Source of the DNA: Dehalococcoidia bacterium
GTDB lineage: Bacteria; Chloroflexota; Dehalococcoidia; DSTF01; RBG-16-68-14
DNA length: 49,758 bases
Direction of reading: 5' to 3'
Assembly (NCBI GenBank): GCA_040882355.1
Contig: JBBEBM010000001.1
Span: 1 to 49,758 of the forward strand
Position numbers and translations under genes: made by a program. Shown piece after piece: positions 1-9,694 of the stretch. Each line of letters opens with the position of its first letter. Position 1 is the stretch's first letter. The notes beneath the pieces were generated by a model. It ran no database searches. It was not told where the DNA came from and saw only the letters and a program-made list of their open reading frames with translations.

Positions 1-889
1 TCGCCTGGCGGTCGACCGCCGTCTTGCGCATCGCCTCCGCGCCGTACTGCTGGACCGCGGCGCGCTGCTCGGGCGTCGTGATCTTGTCGACGAGCGCGTG
101 CTCCGGCGCCAGCACCATGAACGTCACACCGAAGATCGTGTCTGGCCGCGTCGTGAAGAAGGTAATCCGCTCGTCTGTTCCCTCGACCGGGAACGACGTC
201 TCCAGCCCTTCGCTCCGGCCGATCCAGTTCCGCTGCGCCGTCTTGATCACTTCCGACCAGTCGAGCCAGTCGAGGTTGCGCAGCAGGCGTTCGGCGTAGT
301 TCGTGATCTTGAAGAACCACTGCTCCAGCTCGCGATGCGTGATCTCGCTCGAGCAACGCTCGCACAGCCCGCCTATCACCTGCTCGTCCGCGAGCACGGT
401 CTTGCAGGAGGGGCACCAGTTCACGGGCGCCGTGCGCTTCTCGGCCAGGCCGTGCTTGAAGAGCTGGACGAACAGCCACTGCGTCCAGCGGTAGTACGAC
501 GGGTCGCAGGTCGAGACCTCGTGCTTCCAGGCGAAGCGGCCGCCCATGCCCTTGAGCTGCTCGCGGAAGCGGGCGATGTTCCGCTCCATCAACTCCATCG
601 GGTGGACGTTCTGCTTCAGCGCGAAGTTCTCGCTGTGGATGCCGAACGCGTCGAAGCCCATCGGCTCGAAGACGTCGTGGCCCTGCATGGACATGAAGCG
701 CCCGTGGATGTCGGCGCCGGTGAAGGCGTAGACGTTGCCCACGTGCAGCCCCTCGGCTGACGGGTAGGGGAACATCATCAGGTTGTAGAAGGGCCGCTTG
801 GCGTTGTGGACATCCGTTTCGTAGATGTCCGACTCGGCCCAGCGCTCCCTCCACTTCGCCTCGATCGCCTTATGGTCGTAGCGTGCCAT
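1..889 (-). CDS. leuS: Leucine--tRNA ligase, N-terminal part (runs off the window start)
   Basis: Not in the ORF track; translated by hand from ATG at 889: MARYDHKAIEAKWRERW...MFPYPSAEGLHVGN (HIGH-like)...MGFDAFG...VNWCPSCKTVLADEQV...CERC...QRNWIGRSEG...FTTRPDTIFGVTF. Confidence 0.97.
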   Translation of the reverse strand, partial: MARYDHKAIEAKWRERWAESDIYETDVHNAKRPFYNLMMFPYPSAEGLHVGNVYAFTGADIHGRFMSMQGHDVFEPMGFDAFGIHSENFALKQNVHPMELMERNIARFREQLKGMGGRFAWKHEVSTCDPSYYRWTQWLFVQLFKHGLAEKRTAPVNWCPSCKTVLADEQVIGGLCERCSSEITHRELEQWFFKITNYAERLLRNLDWLDWSEVIKTAQRNWIGRSEGLETSFPVEGTDERITFFTTRPDTIFGVTFMVLAPEHALVDKITTPEQRAAVQQYGAEAMRKTAVDRQA

Positions 890-900
890 GGTTGTACACC

Positions 901-930
901 AGTATGGTGAGCGACGCGCGAAGGTGTCAA
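901..930 (-). promoter_or_regulatory. Putative sigma70 promoter of leuS
   Basis: Minus strand TTGACA-N18-CATACT, ending 11 nt before the leuS ATG. Confidence 0.55.
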
Positions 931-947
931 CTCGGAGGCGGGCGTGT

Positions 948-1316
948 TCAGGACCGCCGAAACTGATCGAGGACTCGGATTGAATTCTCAAGTTCCTCTA
1001 CGGGCACGCTGTCGAGCAATGCGAGCACCCTCCGCGCTAGTTCGCGCACCTCGCTCCGGCGGTATTGGCGGTATGAGAGGATGATGCCCGAATGAGCGCG
1101 GCCAGACGCGAACCAGTCGCGGCCGATCTCGATGAAGTCGCGGTAGTTGAAGGAGAAAAGAGCGCGCCCCTCAGCGGAGGCCTGCTCTAGTTGCTCCTCG
1201 TCGGTGACGCCCAACGCGCCCGTCTCATGGGCGCTGACGACATCCTGACCGGCAGAGCGGAGGATGCGCGCGAGATCGGGAAGGACGTCTCCGTCGAGGC
1301 AAAGGCTGGCCCTCAC
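948..1316 (-). CDS. DUF5615 (VapC45-like PIN) toxin
   Basis: LCLDGDV...LRSAGQDVVSAHE...TDEEQLEQA...LFSFNYRDF...HSGII; overlaps the DUF433 gene by 4 nt. Confidence 0.85.
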   Translation of the reverse strand: MRASLCLDGDVLPDLARILRSAGQDVVSAHETGALGVTDEEQLEQASAEGRALFSFNYRDFIEIGRDWFASGRAHSGIILSYRQYRRSEVRELARRVLALLDSVPVEELENSIRVLDQFRRS

Positions 1317-1630
1317 CGCTTCTTGAAGACCACGCGGCCCTTCTCGGCGACGGCGAAGCCGTACCGTTTGGCGAGCGCCTCAGGCGTCGAGTGCGCGATG
1401 AACGCGTCTACCTCGTCGCGATGGTCCAGGTAGTAGCTGATGGCATCGTAGATGGCGGCGGGGGCGAGCTGCGGATACGCCGCGATGATCTCGGCAGGCT
1501 CTTCGCCGGCCTGGAGGAGCCGCGCTATGAACGCCACGCCGATGCGCGTGCCAGCGATCACCGGCTCGCCGCCAGCGACGCCCTCGACCCTGACGATGTG
1601 TGGGTGTTCTGTCCTCAGCTCCGTCGCCAT
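1313..1630 (-). CDS. DUF433 antitoxin
   Basis: HPHIVRVEGVAGGEPVIAGTRIGV...YPQL...IYDAISYY; GAGGAGG SD before ATG at 1630. Confidence 0.88.
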   Translation of the reverse strand: MATELRTEHPHIVRVEGVAGGEPVIAGTRIGVAFIARLLQAGEEPAEIIAAYPQLAPAAIYDAISYYLDHRDEVDAFIAHSTPEALAKRYGFAVAEKGRVVFKKR

Positions 1631-1692
1631 CACGTTCCTCCTCCTCATTGTAGGCCAACGCCGCGCAGGGAGACAAAGGTAGCCCGTCCCCG

Positions 1693-2889
1693 TCACCTAA
1701 CGCGCCGCCCCTTCGCCCACCACCCTACCCCGCCCAGCACGATCGCGGCGCCAGCCACCGCAGCCGCGAGCGCGATCCATGCGCCCGACGCGCCTCCGCC
1801 TGACGTCTCCGCGGCCGCGGACGCGCCCGCCACGTCCGGCGGTTCGGCGATGCCGCCGACCGGCGCGGAGTCGAACCACGGGCTCGTGAACGGCGAGCCG
1901 AGGAAGAAGTCGAGCAGCATCGTGCCCACCTTCTCCTGACCCGACTGCGATGGGTGGGTGCCGTCGCTGACCAAGTCGCCCTGCAGCCAGGTGAGGCCGT
2001 CGGAGCGGGGCAGGACGCCGTCCGCCCACAAGTACGGCCCCCAGGCGACCCACGGCGCGACCGTGTTGTAGTTCAGGTCGCCCGCGCGCGGGTCGACGGG
2101 CGTCCCGCCGTTGCGCATCTGGTCGATCTGCGCCTGCACGAGCCACTTCATCGCGAAGCCGGACTCGTAGGCGTACGGCTCGGGGTTTAGGGTGGTCGTC
2201 GCGTAGCCCGCGTAGATGCGGCTGGAGACGAAGACCAGCTTCACGTTCGGGTAGCGCACCTTCAGCGCGCGCATGATGTTGCCGGTGTACGTCTCGAGGT
2301 TGTAGGCGTCGGCCGAGGTGGCGGGCAGCGATGACGTCGGCCCGGCGTCGGCGACCTTCACCCAGACGACCTGCACCTGCGCCTCCGAGAGGCCCTGCGG
2401 CGTCAGGCGCGTGTCCAGCACGCGCGCGTAGTTGGGGTCGGTAGGCATGTCCCATGTCTGCGCCGTCTGTCCGCCAGCGGCGCCATTCACGATGGTGAGT
2501 GTCGAGTGGTTCACGCGCGCATCGAGCGCCGCCTGCCCCATGAACGTCCAGGCGGCGCACGGCAGGGCGGAGTTGCCCGAGCAGAACTCCTGCGTCGTGT
2601 TCGACATGCCAACGGAAAGCAGCACGATCTTGCCGCCGGCGTTCGGGTCGCCGTTCGTGTCCAGCGGCTGCACCGATGCGGCGCGCGCCATGCCGGTCGC
2701 CGCGTGGTCGGCGGGCGCGTCGTTGCTGCCGTTCTCGTACAGCCCGCCGCCGAAGCTCAGGTACGTCTGCGCGCCCATGTCCGTCAGCGGTACCAGCCCT
2801 GTCGAATCGAGGGCGCCGGCGTCACCGACGGGCGACAGCAGCAGCGGGCCTGTCAGGACGAAGAAGGCTAGAAGGAGCGTTCGGGCCAT
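1693..2889 (-). CDS. Secreted SGNH-hydrolase-like protein with C-terminal membrane anchor
   Basis: N-terminal signal peptide; GMSNT, NGAAGG and DGTHPS blocks resemble SGNH blocks I/II/V; C-terminus PVGGIAEPP-linker-TM-WWAKGRRVR. Confidence 0.7.
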   Translation of the reverse strand: MARTLLLAFFVLTGPLLLSPVGDAGALDSTGLVPLTDMGAQTYLSFGGGLYENGSNDAPADHAATGMARAASVQPLDTNGDPNAGGKIVLLSVGMSNTTQEFCSGNSALPCAAWTFMGQAALDARVNHSTLTIVNGAAGGQTAQTWDMPTDPNYARVLDTRLTPQGLSEAQVQVVWVKVADAGPTSSLPATSADAYNLETYTGNIMRALKVRYPNVKLVFVSSRIYAGYATTTLNPEPYAYESGFAMKWLVQAQIDQMRNGGTPVDPRAGDLNYNTVAPWVAWGPYLWADGVLPRSDGLTWLQGDLVSDGTHPSQSGQEKVGTMLLDFFLGSPFTSPWFDSAPVGGIAEPPDVAGASAAAETSGGGASGAWIALAAAVAGAAIVLGGVGWWAKGRRVR

Positions 2890-2909
2890 GGGACAACTCC
2901 GCCCTCAGT

Positions 2910-3431
2910 CTACAGCAGCACGATTAGCGGCGTGCCCTGGTCGACGCGCTGGCCGGCCGACACGTAGACGGCCTTCACTGTGCCCGCGCGACGGGCGTGC
3001 AGGTCGTTCTGCATCTTCATCGCCTCGATCACCGCGAGCACCTGGTTCGCCTCCACCTCGTCGCCCGGCTGGACGTGGATCTCCCGCACGATGCCCGACA
3101 TCGGCGACTTGAGCACCCACTCGCCGGTATCGGCCGCCGTCTCGACAGCCTCCGGGCCGCCGGCGCGGCGGCGCCCGCCGAGCAGGCCGGGCGCGGTGAT
3201 CGTGAAGAGGCGCGAGCCGATGACGATGTGGTACCCCTGCGGGCTCTCCTCGGCGAAGACGTCGTAGGGGTGGTGGTCGAGCAGCAGGGAGTAGCGGGCG
3301 CCGTCGCCGACGCGCTCGATGTCGAGCGGGTGCCACTCGTCGCCCAGGCGGACGCGGAAGCGCCCGTCGCGCTCCTCAACTTCGAGCTCGTGCTCCTCGT
3401 CACCCAGCTTCAGCAGGTAGGTCGATGCCAT
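2910..3431 (-). CDS. Biotin carboxyl carrier protein of an acyl-CoA carboxylase
   Basis: SPMSG...IEAMKMQNDL biotinylation motif; N-terminal BT-like domain. Confidence 0.92.
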   Translation of the reverse strand: MASTYLLKLGDEEHELEVEERDGRFRVRLGDEWHPLDIERVGDGARYSLLLDHHPYDVFAEESPQGYHIVIGSRLFTITAPGLLGGRRRAGGPEAVETAADTGEWVLKSPMSGIVREIHVQPGDEVEANQVLAVIEAMKMQNDLHARRAGTVKAVYVSAGQRVDQGTPLIVLL

Positions 3432-3443
3432 CTCGTTCGCCTG

Positions 3444-4967
3444 CTACCGCCGCCGCCTTTGTACCAGCAACCGGTTCTGCTGCATCCGGTCACGCCCGGC
3501 GGCGCGCCAGGCGTTGCCGTTCGCGCCCGCTGCCGGATCGGTGGCGGGCGCGCGCCGCTTGCGCAGGTGCGTGAGCACCGCGGCGATGAGGAGGGCCGCC
3601 TGCTCGTCCGGGTGGCCGTCCGGCGACTCCATCGAGAACTCCTGCTCCAGCCAGCCCGTGTGGAACTCGCCCGCGAGGAAGCGCGGGTCGGTCAGGAGCT
3701 GCTGGTGGAACGGGATGTTCGTCTGAATGCCGACGACCACGTACTCGCGGAGCGCCCGCAGCATCCGCTTGATCGCAGCGTCGCGGTCCGGGCCCCAGCA
3801 GATCACCTTCGCCAGCATCGGGTCGTAGTGGTAGGGGATCTCGCCGCCGGCGTAGAGCGAGCTGTCGACGCGCACGCCCGGGCCCGCGGGCTCCTCGACC
3901 CAGTCGACCAGACCGAGCGACGGCAGGAAGTTGTTGTACGGGTCCTCGGCTGAGATGCGACACTCGATCGCGTGGCCGCTCGGCCGGATGTCCTCCTGCC
4001 CGTAGGGCAGCGGCTCGCCCGCCGCGACGCGGATCTGATCGGCGACAAGGTCGCGTCCGACGCAGAACTCGGTGACCGGGTGCTCCACCTGAAGGCGCGC
4101 GTTCACCTCTAAGAAGTAGAAGTGGCCGTCCTTGTCGAGCAGGAACTCGACGGTGCCGGCGTTCTGGTAGTCCGAAGCCTGCGCCCCCGACACCGCCGCC
4201 TGCCACATCTGCTGTCGGGTCGCCTCGTCTATCGCGATGGAGGGCGACTCCTCCACCAGCTTCTGGTGGCGGCGCTGGATCGAACACTCGCGCTCGCCCA
4301 GCGCTACGGCGTTGCCGTGCTGGTCGGCGATCACCTGCACCTCGATGTGTCGCACGGGCGAGAGGTACTTCTCGACGTACACGCCGCCGTGTCCGAACGC
4401 GGCCGTCGCCTCGCTCGCGGCGACGCGCAGCGCGTTCTCCATCTCGGCGGGGCTCGGCACGTGGCGAATGCCCTTGCCGCCACCGCCCGCAGCCGCCTTG
4501 ATCAGTACCGGATAGCCGATCTCGTCCGCGACCCGCACCGCCTCGTCTATCTCCACCTCTCCGTCGGCGCCCGGCACGACGGGCACGCCCGCCGCGCGCA
4601 TCTTCTTGCGGGCGGCCACCTTGTCGCCCAGCAGGCGCATGGCCTCGGGCGTTGGCCCGATGAAGGCGATGCCCGCCGTTCGACACGCCTCGGCGAAGTC
4701 GGCGTTCTCGGAGAGGAAGCCGTAGCCCGGGTGGATCGCGTCGGCGCCCGCGCGCCGCGCCACCTCGATCACCTTTTCGATGCTCAGGTAGCTCTCGCGT
4801 GGCGGGCCGGCGCCAAGCAGGTAGGCCTCGTCGGCGTAGCGAGCGTGGAGCGCGTTGCGGTCGACGTCGGAGTAGACGGCGACCGTGGCGATGCCCAGCT
4901 CGCGACAGGTACGCATCACCCGAAGGGCGATCTCGCCCCGGTTGGCCACGAGGATCTTCTTGAACAC
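3444..4967 (-). CDS. accC: Biotin carboxylase subunit (acetyl/propionyl-CoA carboxylase)
   Basis: VFKKILVANRGEIA, HPGYGFLSENA, GGGGKG, RECSIQRRHQK, EVNARLQVEHPVTE; start set to GTG 4967. Confidence 0.93.
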   Translation of the reverse strand: MFKKILVANRGEIALRVMRTCRELGIATVAVYSDVDRNALHARYADEAYLLGAGPPRESYLSIEKVIEVARRAGADAIHPGYGFLSENADFAEACRTAGIAFIGPTPEAMRLLGDKVAARKKMRAAGVPVVPGADGEVEIDEAVRVADEIGYPVLIKAAAGGGGKGIRHVPSPAEMENALRVAASEATAAFGHGGVYVEKYLSPVRHIEVQVIADQHGNAVALGERECSIQRRHQKLVEESPSIAIDEATRQQMWQAAVSGAQASDYQNAGTVEFLLDKDGHFYFLEVNARLQVEHPVTEFCVGRDLVADQIRVAAGEPLPYGQEDIRPSGHAIECRISAEDPYNNFLPSLGLVDWVEEPAGPGVRVDSSLYAGGEIPYHYDPMLAKVICWGPDRDAAIKRMLRALREYVVVGIQTNIPFHQQLLTDPRFLAGEFHTGWLEQEFSMESPDGHPDEQAALLIAAVLTHLRKRRAPATDPAAGANGNAWRAAGRDRMQQNRLLVQRRRR

Positions 4968-5144
4968 GGCGACAGGAACGTAGCACGGGCCCGAGACTGG
5001 GGCAAGCGAAGCCCCGCCACCGTTGCACTTGACATTGTGGAGCGGCGCTGGCATCCTTAGAGAGTCCCCTGCCTCGTGTGCGAAGGTGCACTGCGCCCAG
5101 CTTCAGACCTGACCCGAGCGACCGATACCTAGAGTGGAGAGGCC

Positions 5145-7898
5145 GTGAACCCCGCCAAGCCACGCCCAGTCGTACTGCGCCCGCTAACCGCGGCGGCGAT
5201 AGTCTGCGCGGTCGTCACGGCCCTGCTGTTCCGCGCCGTCCAGCCACCGGCCGTCGAGAGCGCCGCGACGCTGCCCAGCGGCTTCATCGACACCCAGATC
5301 GTCAGCGCCGGACTCTCGAACCCGACGGCGATGGCCATTGCGCCGGACGGTCGCGTCTTCATCACCGAGCAGGGTGGCAGCGTGCGTGTTGTCGAGGGGG
5401 GTGCGCTCCTGGGAACGCCGTTCGTGACGGTCACGGTGCACTCCAGCGGCGAGCGAGGCCTGCTCGGCATCGCCTTCGATCCGAACTTCGCCACGAACCA
5501 GTACGTCTACGTCTACTACACGGCCACCACCCCTGCCATCCACAACCGCGTCAGCCGCTTCACGGCCAGCGGTAACGTCGCCGTGCCTGGCAGCGAGGTG
5601 CCCATTCTGGAGCTCACGAACTTGGGCGGTTCGGTGAACCACAACGGCGGCGCGCTCCACTTCGGTGTCGACGGGAAGCTCTACATCGCCGCCGGCGACA
5701 ACCAGAACGGCAACAACGCGCAGGACCTGGGCAATCTCCTGGGCAAAGTCCTCCGCATCAACCCGGACGGCTCCATCCCATCTGACAACCCCTTCTTCAA
5801 CACCGCGACCGGCGTGAACCGGGCGATCTGGCTGCTCGGCTTTCGCAACCCGTTCACCTTCGATATCCAGCCGGGCACCGGTCGCACGTTCGTAAACGAC
5901 GTCGGTGAGGCCTCCTGGGAGGAGATCAACGACGGTATCGCCGGCTCCAACTACGGCTGGCCGGCCACCGAAGGCGAGACGTCGAATCCCTCTTACCGGA
6001 GCCCCATCTTCGCCTACAACCACGGTGGCGCCAGCACGCAAGGCTGCGCGATCACCGGCGGCGCGTTCTACAACCCGCAGGCGAGCCAGTTCCCGCCCGA
6101 CTACACCGGCGACTACTTCTTCGCCGACTTCTGCAACGGCTGGATCCGCCGCTACGATCCGGCGACTGACAGCGCCACCGGCTTCGCGACGAACGTGTCC
6201 TGGCCCGTCGACCTGAAGGTCGGGGCGGATGGAGCGCTCTACTACCTGGGCAGGGAGCCGGATGCCCTGCACAAGATCACCAATCCCGCCGGCCTGGGGG
6301 TGACCATCGCCACCCATCCCGCGTCGCAGATCGTCTCGGTCGGGCAGCCGGCGACGTTCACGGTGAGCGCCTCCGGTTCGCCGCCGCTCAGCTACCAGTG
6401 GCAGCGCAACGGATCGAACATCCCGGGTGCGACCAGTGACACCTATACGCTCGCGTCCGCGGCCATCGGCGACAACGGCGCCACCTTCCGCGCCGTCGTC
6501 TCGAATGCGTTCGACAGCGCGACGAGCAACTCCGCGACGCTCACGGTAACGACGAACCAGCCTCCGGTCGCCACCATCACGGCTCCGGCGAACGGGACGC
6601 TCTACTCCGCCGGCGATACGATCAACTACTCGGGCACCGGATCCGACCCGGAGACGGGCGCCATTCCGCCCAGCGGCTTCGCGTGGAAGGTAGACTTCCA
6701 CCACGATTCGCATAGCCACCCGTTCATCCCGTGGACCAGCGGAAGCCAGAGCGGCTCGTTTCCCATCCCGACCATCGGTGAGGTGTCTGCCAACGTCTGG
6801 TACCGCATCGAGCTCCGCGTGACCGACTCCGTCGGCCTCACGCACACGGTGACGCGGGACATCCTTCCGCGCACCGTCACCATCAATCTCGTAACCAGTC
6901 CGCCGGGCCTCCAGGTGACGCTTGACGGCCAGCCGGTCACGACGCCCGCATCAGTCAGCAGCGTCGTCGGGCTCCAGCGTGGGCTCGGCGTGGTGTCGCC
7001 GCAGACCTCCGGCGGGACCGGCTACGTGTTTGATTCGTGGTCGCACGGCGGGGCTGCGTCGCAGAACATCGCCACGCCTAGCAGCAACGTCACCTACCAG
7101 GCGAACTTCGTCCAGGCGGTCACGTTCGACGACCGGCCAGGCCAAAACCAGGTCCTCAACGGCCAGTACCCCACGGGCGTCATCGACTGGGGCTCGAACG
7201 GCTGGTACCACTCAGGACCGTTCGGCGGGTTCACCACCAAGAGCGTCGGGTTCAACGGCCCCGGGATGACCAGCGGCACGTTCTCCTTCATCACGCCCCT
7301 GCGCCTGCAGCGGGTGGATGCCTACAACGGTGGTGTGGCAAGCACCGTGACGTTGCGCTGCACGGGCCAGCCGGACCGCGTCGTCTCGGTCGCGCCGGGC
7401 CAGCTCACCACCATCAATACCAACTGGACCGGCGCCTGCTCCAGCGTGACGTTCATCAGCACGAACGGTTGGGACACAAACTTCGACAATCTCGTGCTGA
7501 CCGGCGGTGGCTCAGGCGGCCCGGACACCGACAGCGACGGCTGCTCTGACTCCGCCGAACAGCAGACCGCGCCGGGCAGCGAGTTCACCGGCGGCCGCCG
7601 CGATCCGAACAGCTTCTGGGACTTCTTCGACACGCCGGACGACGCCAACTCGCGCGACGGCGCCGTCTCGGCCGCGGACATCGCGCGCGTCATCACTCGC
7701 TTCGGGACGTCCGGCTCCGCCACGTCGATCGCGAACGCGCTCGCGCCTCCGACGCCCGGCTATCACGCCGCCTTCGACCGCGGCGCACCTAGCCCCGGAG
7801 CCGATCAGTGGGACGCGACAGGCGCCGACGGCTCGATCACCACAGGCGATATCCTGGCGGCTGTAGTGCAGATGGGCCACTCCTGCGTCGGCTCCTAG
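5145..7898 (+). CDS. Secreted PQQ-dependent sugar dehydrogenase (GSDH) with Ig/PKD domains and C-terminal flexitail-like domain
   Basis: Signal peptide; GERGLLGIAFDP, HNGGALHFG, GFRNPF, GSNYGWP; Ig (YQWQRNG); C-terminal DTDSDGCSD...WDFFD...GHSC. Confidence 0.85.
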   Translation: MNPAKPRPVVLRPLTAAAIVCAVVTALLFRAVQPPAVESAATLPSGFIDTQIVSAGLSNPTAMAIAPDGRVFITEQGGSVRVVEGGALLGTPFVTVTVHSSGERGLLGIAFDPNFATNQYVYVYYTATTPAIHNRVSRFTASGNVAVPGSEVPILELTNLGGSVNHNGGALHFGVDGKLYIAAGDNQNGNNAQDLGNLLGKVLRINPDGSIPSDNPFFNTATGVNRAIWLLGFRNPFTFDIQPGTGRTFVNDVGEASWEEINDGIAGSNYGWPATEGETSNPSYRSPIFAYNHGGASTQGCAITGGAFYNPQASQFPPDYTGDYFFADFCNGWIRRYDPATDSATGFATNVSWPVDLKVGADGALYYLGREPDALHKITNPAGLGVTIATHPASQIVSVGQPATFTVSASGSPPLSYQWQRNGSNIPGATSDTYTLASAAIGDNGATFRAVVSNAFDSATSNSATLTVTTNQPPVATITAPANGTLYSAGDTINYSGTGSDPETGAIPPSGFAWKVDFHHDSHSHPFIPWTSGSQSGSFPIPTIGEVSANVWYRIELRVTDSVGLTHTVTRDILPRTVTINLVTSPPGLQVTLDGQPVTTPASVSSVVGLQRGLGVVSPQTSGGTGYVFDSWSHGGAASQNIATPSSNVTYQANFVQAVTFDDRPGQNQVLNGQYPTGVIDWGSNGWYHSGPFGGFTTKSVGFNGPGMTSGTFSFITPLRLQRVDAYNGGVASTVTLRCTGQPDRVVSVAPGQLTTINTNWTGACSSVTFISTNGWDTNFDNLVLTGGGSGGPDTDSDGCSDSAEQQTAPGSEFTGGRRDPNSFWDFFDTPDDANSRDGAVSAADIARVITRFGTSGSATSIANALAPPTPGYHAAFDRGAPSPGADQWDATGADGSITTGDILAAVVQMGHSCVGS

Positions 7899-7901
7899 CG
7901 A

Positions 7902-8249
7902 CTACGGCTCGCGGAGGCCGACCACTCGCGACACCGGTAACACGAACAGAAGCCCGTTTCCTTCGTCCGAGAGATCGCCCAGCACGCCCTCCGTCGCCGC
8001 CACGAGCGCATCAACGGCCTCGTCTCGCACAAGCGCGAAGACCATCCTCCGTGGCGCATCGTCGGACTGGAGCAGGTCGCGAATGCTCGGCAGCAGCGGC
8101 AGCTCCTCGCGCCGGCCGCGCTCGCGCGGGTCGCGTGTGCCCTTCGCGTCGACGATCGTGACCGCTGGGGCGCCCGCGTCGTGCCACGCGGCCACCACCT
8201 CCTCGAAGTGACGCTGGTCATGCAGGATCAGGACGACTGTGCTGTACAT
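7902..8249 (-). CDS. P-II-like signal transduction protein
   Basis: 115 aa; GAPAVTIVDAKG and C-terminal GNGLLFVLPVSRVVGL typical of the PII fold. Confidence 0.7.
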   Translation of the reverse strand: MYSTVVLILHDQRHFEEVVAAWHDAGAPAVTIVDAKGTRDPRERGRREELPLLPSIRDLLQSDDAPRRMVFALVRDEAVDALVAATEGVLGDLSDEGNGLLFVLPVSRVVGLREP

Positions 8250-9450
8250 TGCGCGCTTCTCCTTCGCCGGCGAACACGAGATTGAGCAGTGGCGGTGTGA
8301 TCAACGTGGTCACCAGGACCATTAGCACCACCACCGAGAACTGATCGGTGTCGATCAGGCCGTGGGTGAGCCCGACGCTCGCCACGATCAGCCCCACCTC
8401 ACCTCTGGACACCATGCCCGTCCCGATCTGCAGCGAGCTGCGCAGCCCTTCGCCGCCCAGGTAGGCGCCCAGCCCCGAGCCCAGCACCTTCGACACCACA
8501 GCGACAGCGCAGATCACGACCAGCAACAGCACGTCCGAACCTTCCAGACCGCCCGCGTCCGCCGAGAGCCCGACACCCACGAAGAAGATCGGGACGAAGA
8601 AGGCGTAGGCCAGTGTGCGGAACTTCTCGTCGATGACGCGGTGTACGTCCGTCGTCCGGAGGAAGACGCCGGCGAGGAACGCGCCCGTGATCAACGCCAC
8701 TTCGCCCACATACTCGGCGAACCAGGCGAAGAGCAGCATCACGACGATCGCCGTCACAGCTACCCCCTCGCTCATCGGCGTGTTCATCGACCAGCGCGCG
8801 ACCCACGGCAGGACGAATCGGCCCACGACCAGCGCTACGACGAAGAACAGCAGGACACGGCCCACGATCAGGAACACCTCGCCGGCGTTGCTGGCGCCGC
8901 CCTCCTCGACGCCGAACGCGACGAAGAAGGAGAGCACCAAAATCACCAGCACATCGTCGATCACCGCCGCCGCCAGGATCGCGATGCCCTGACGCCGCTG
9001 CAGCACCCCCAGCTCCATCAGCGTGCGCGCCGAGATGCTCACGCTCGTCGCCGAGAGGATGACGCCGATGAACAGCGCGTCCTTGAATGAGAAGTCGAAG
9101 GGGAGCACGGTGGCCGTCCCGAGCACGATCGGGAACATGACGCCGAACGTGCCTGCCAGGAACGCCACCCGCCGCACCTTGTTCACCTCGCCGACGTCGG
9201 TCTCCAGCCCCGCCAGGAACATCAGGAACACGACGCCCAGCTCCGCAAGCAGGAGCACGGTCTCCTCCAGGTGTGGGTCGGTCACAAAGTCCGCGCCGAA
9301 CAGGTCGATAGCCGTTGGGCCCAGCAGCACGCCGGCGATCAGCTCGCCCAGCACGGCCGGCTGGCCCAGCCGCGCCGCCAGCATGCCGGACGACTTCGCG
9401 GCCACCAGGATGATGATCAGGATGATCAGGAACTGGAGGGTAGGGGACAC
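8218..9450 (-). CDS. Cation:proton antiporter (CPA2)
   Basis: GQPAVLGELIAGVLLGP, LSATSVSI, AAVIDDV, GMVSRGEVG; multiple TM helices. Confidence 0.92.
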   Translation of the reverse strand: MSPTLQFLIILIIILVAAKSSGMLAARLGQPAVLGELIAGVLLGPTAIDLFGADFVTDPHLEETVLLLAELGVVFLMFLAGLETDVGEVNKVRRVAFLAGTFGVMFPIVLGTATVLPFDFSFKDALFIGVILSATSVSISARTLMELGVLQRRQGIAILAAAVIDDVLVILVLSFFVAFGVEEGGASNAGEVFLIVGRVLLFFVVALVVGRFVLPWVARWSMNTPMSEGVAVTAIVVMLLFAWFAEYVGEVALITGAFLAGVFLRTTDVHRVIDEKFRTLAYAFFVPIFFVGVGLSADAGGLEGSDVLLLVVICAVAVVSKVLGSGLGAYLGGEGLRSSLQIGTGMVSRGEVGLIVASVGLTHGLIDTDQFSVVVLMVLVTTLITPPLLNLVFAGEGEARNVQHSRPDPA

Positions 9451-9694
9451 GCCCAGCGCTCCTTGCGTTGCCCGGCGTCCGGCGCGACGGTCACGAGACC
9501 ATCATCCCCTGACCGCGCATCTGGGTCAAACACTCCTTACCCGGCCCCTGGCGGCCGCCGGGCAGGGATGAGCGCGCGCTTGTGGCTGGTTGACATCCGG
9601 AGCGCCACTCGTCTGCCCTCCCGGCGCACTGTGATAGCATGATCGTGTCGAGCTACCTTACCCGTGTTGTGTCGAGTTTCGGGGTGCAGACAAG

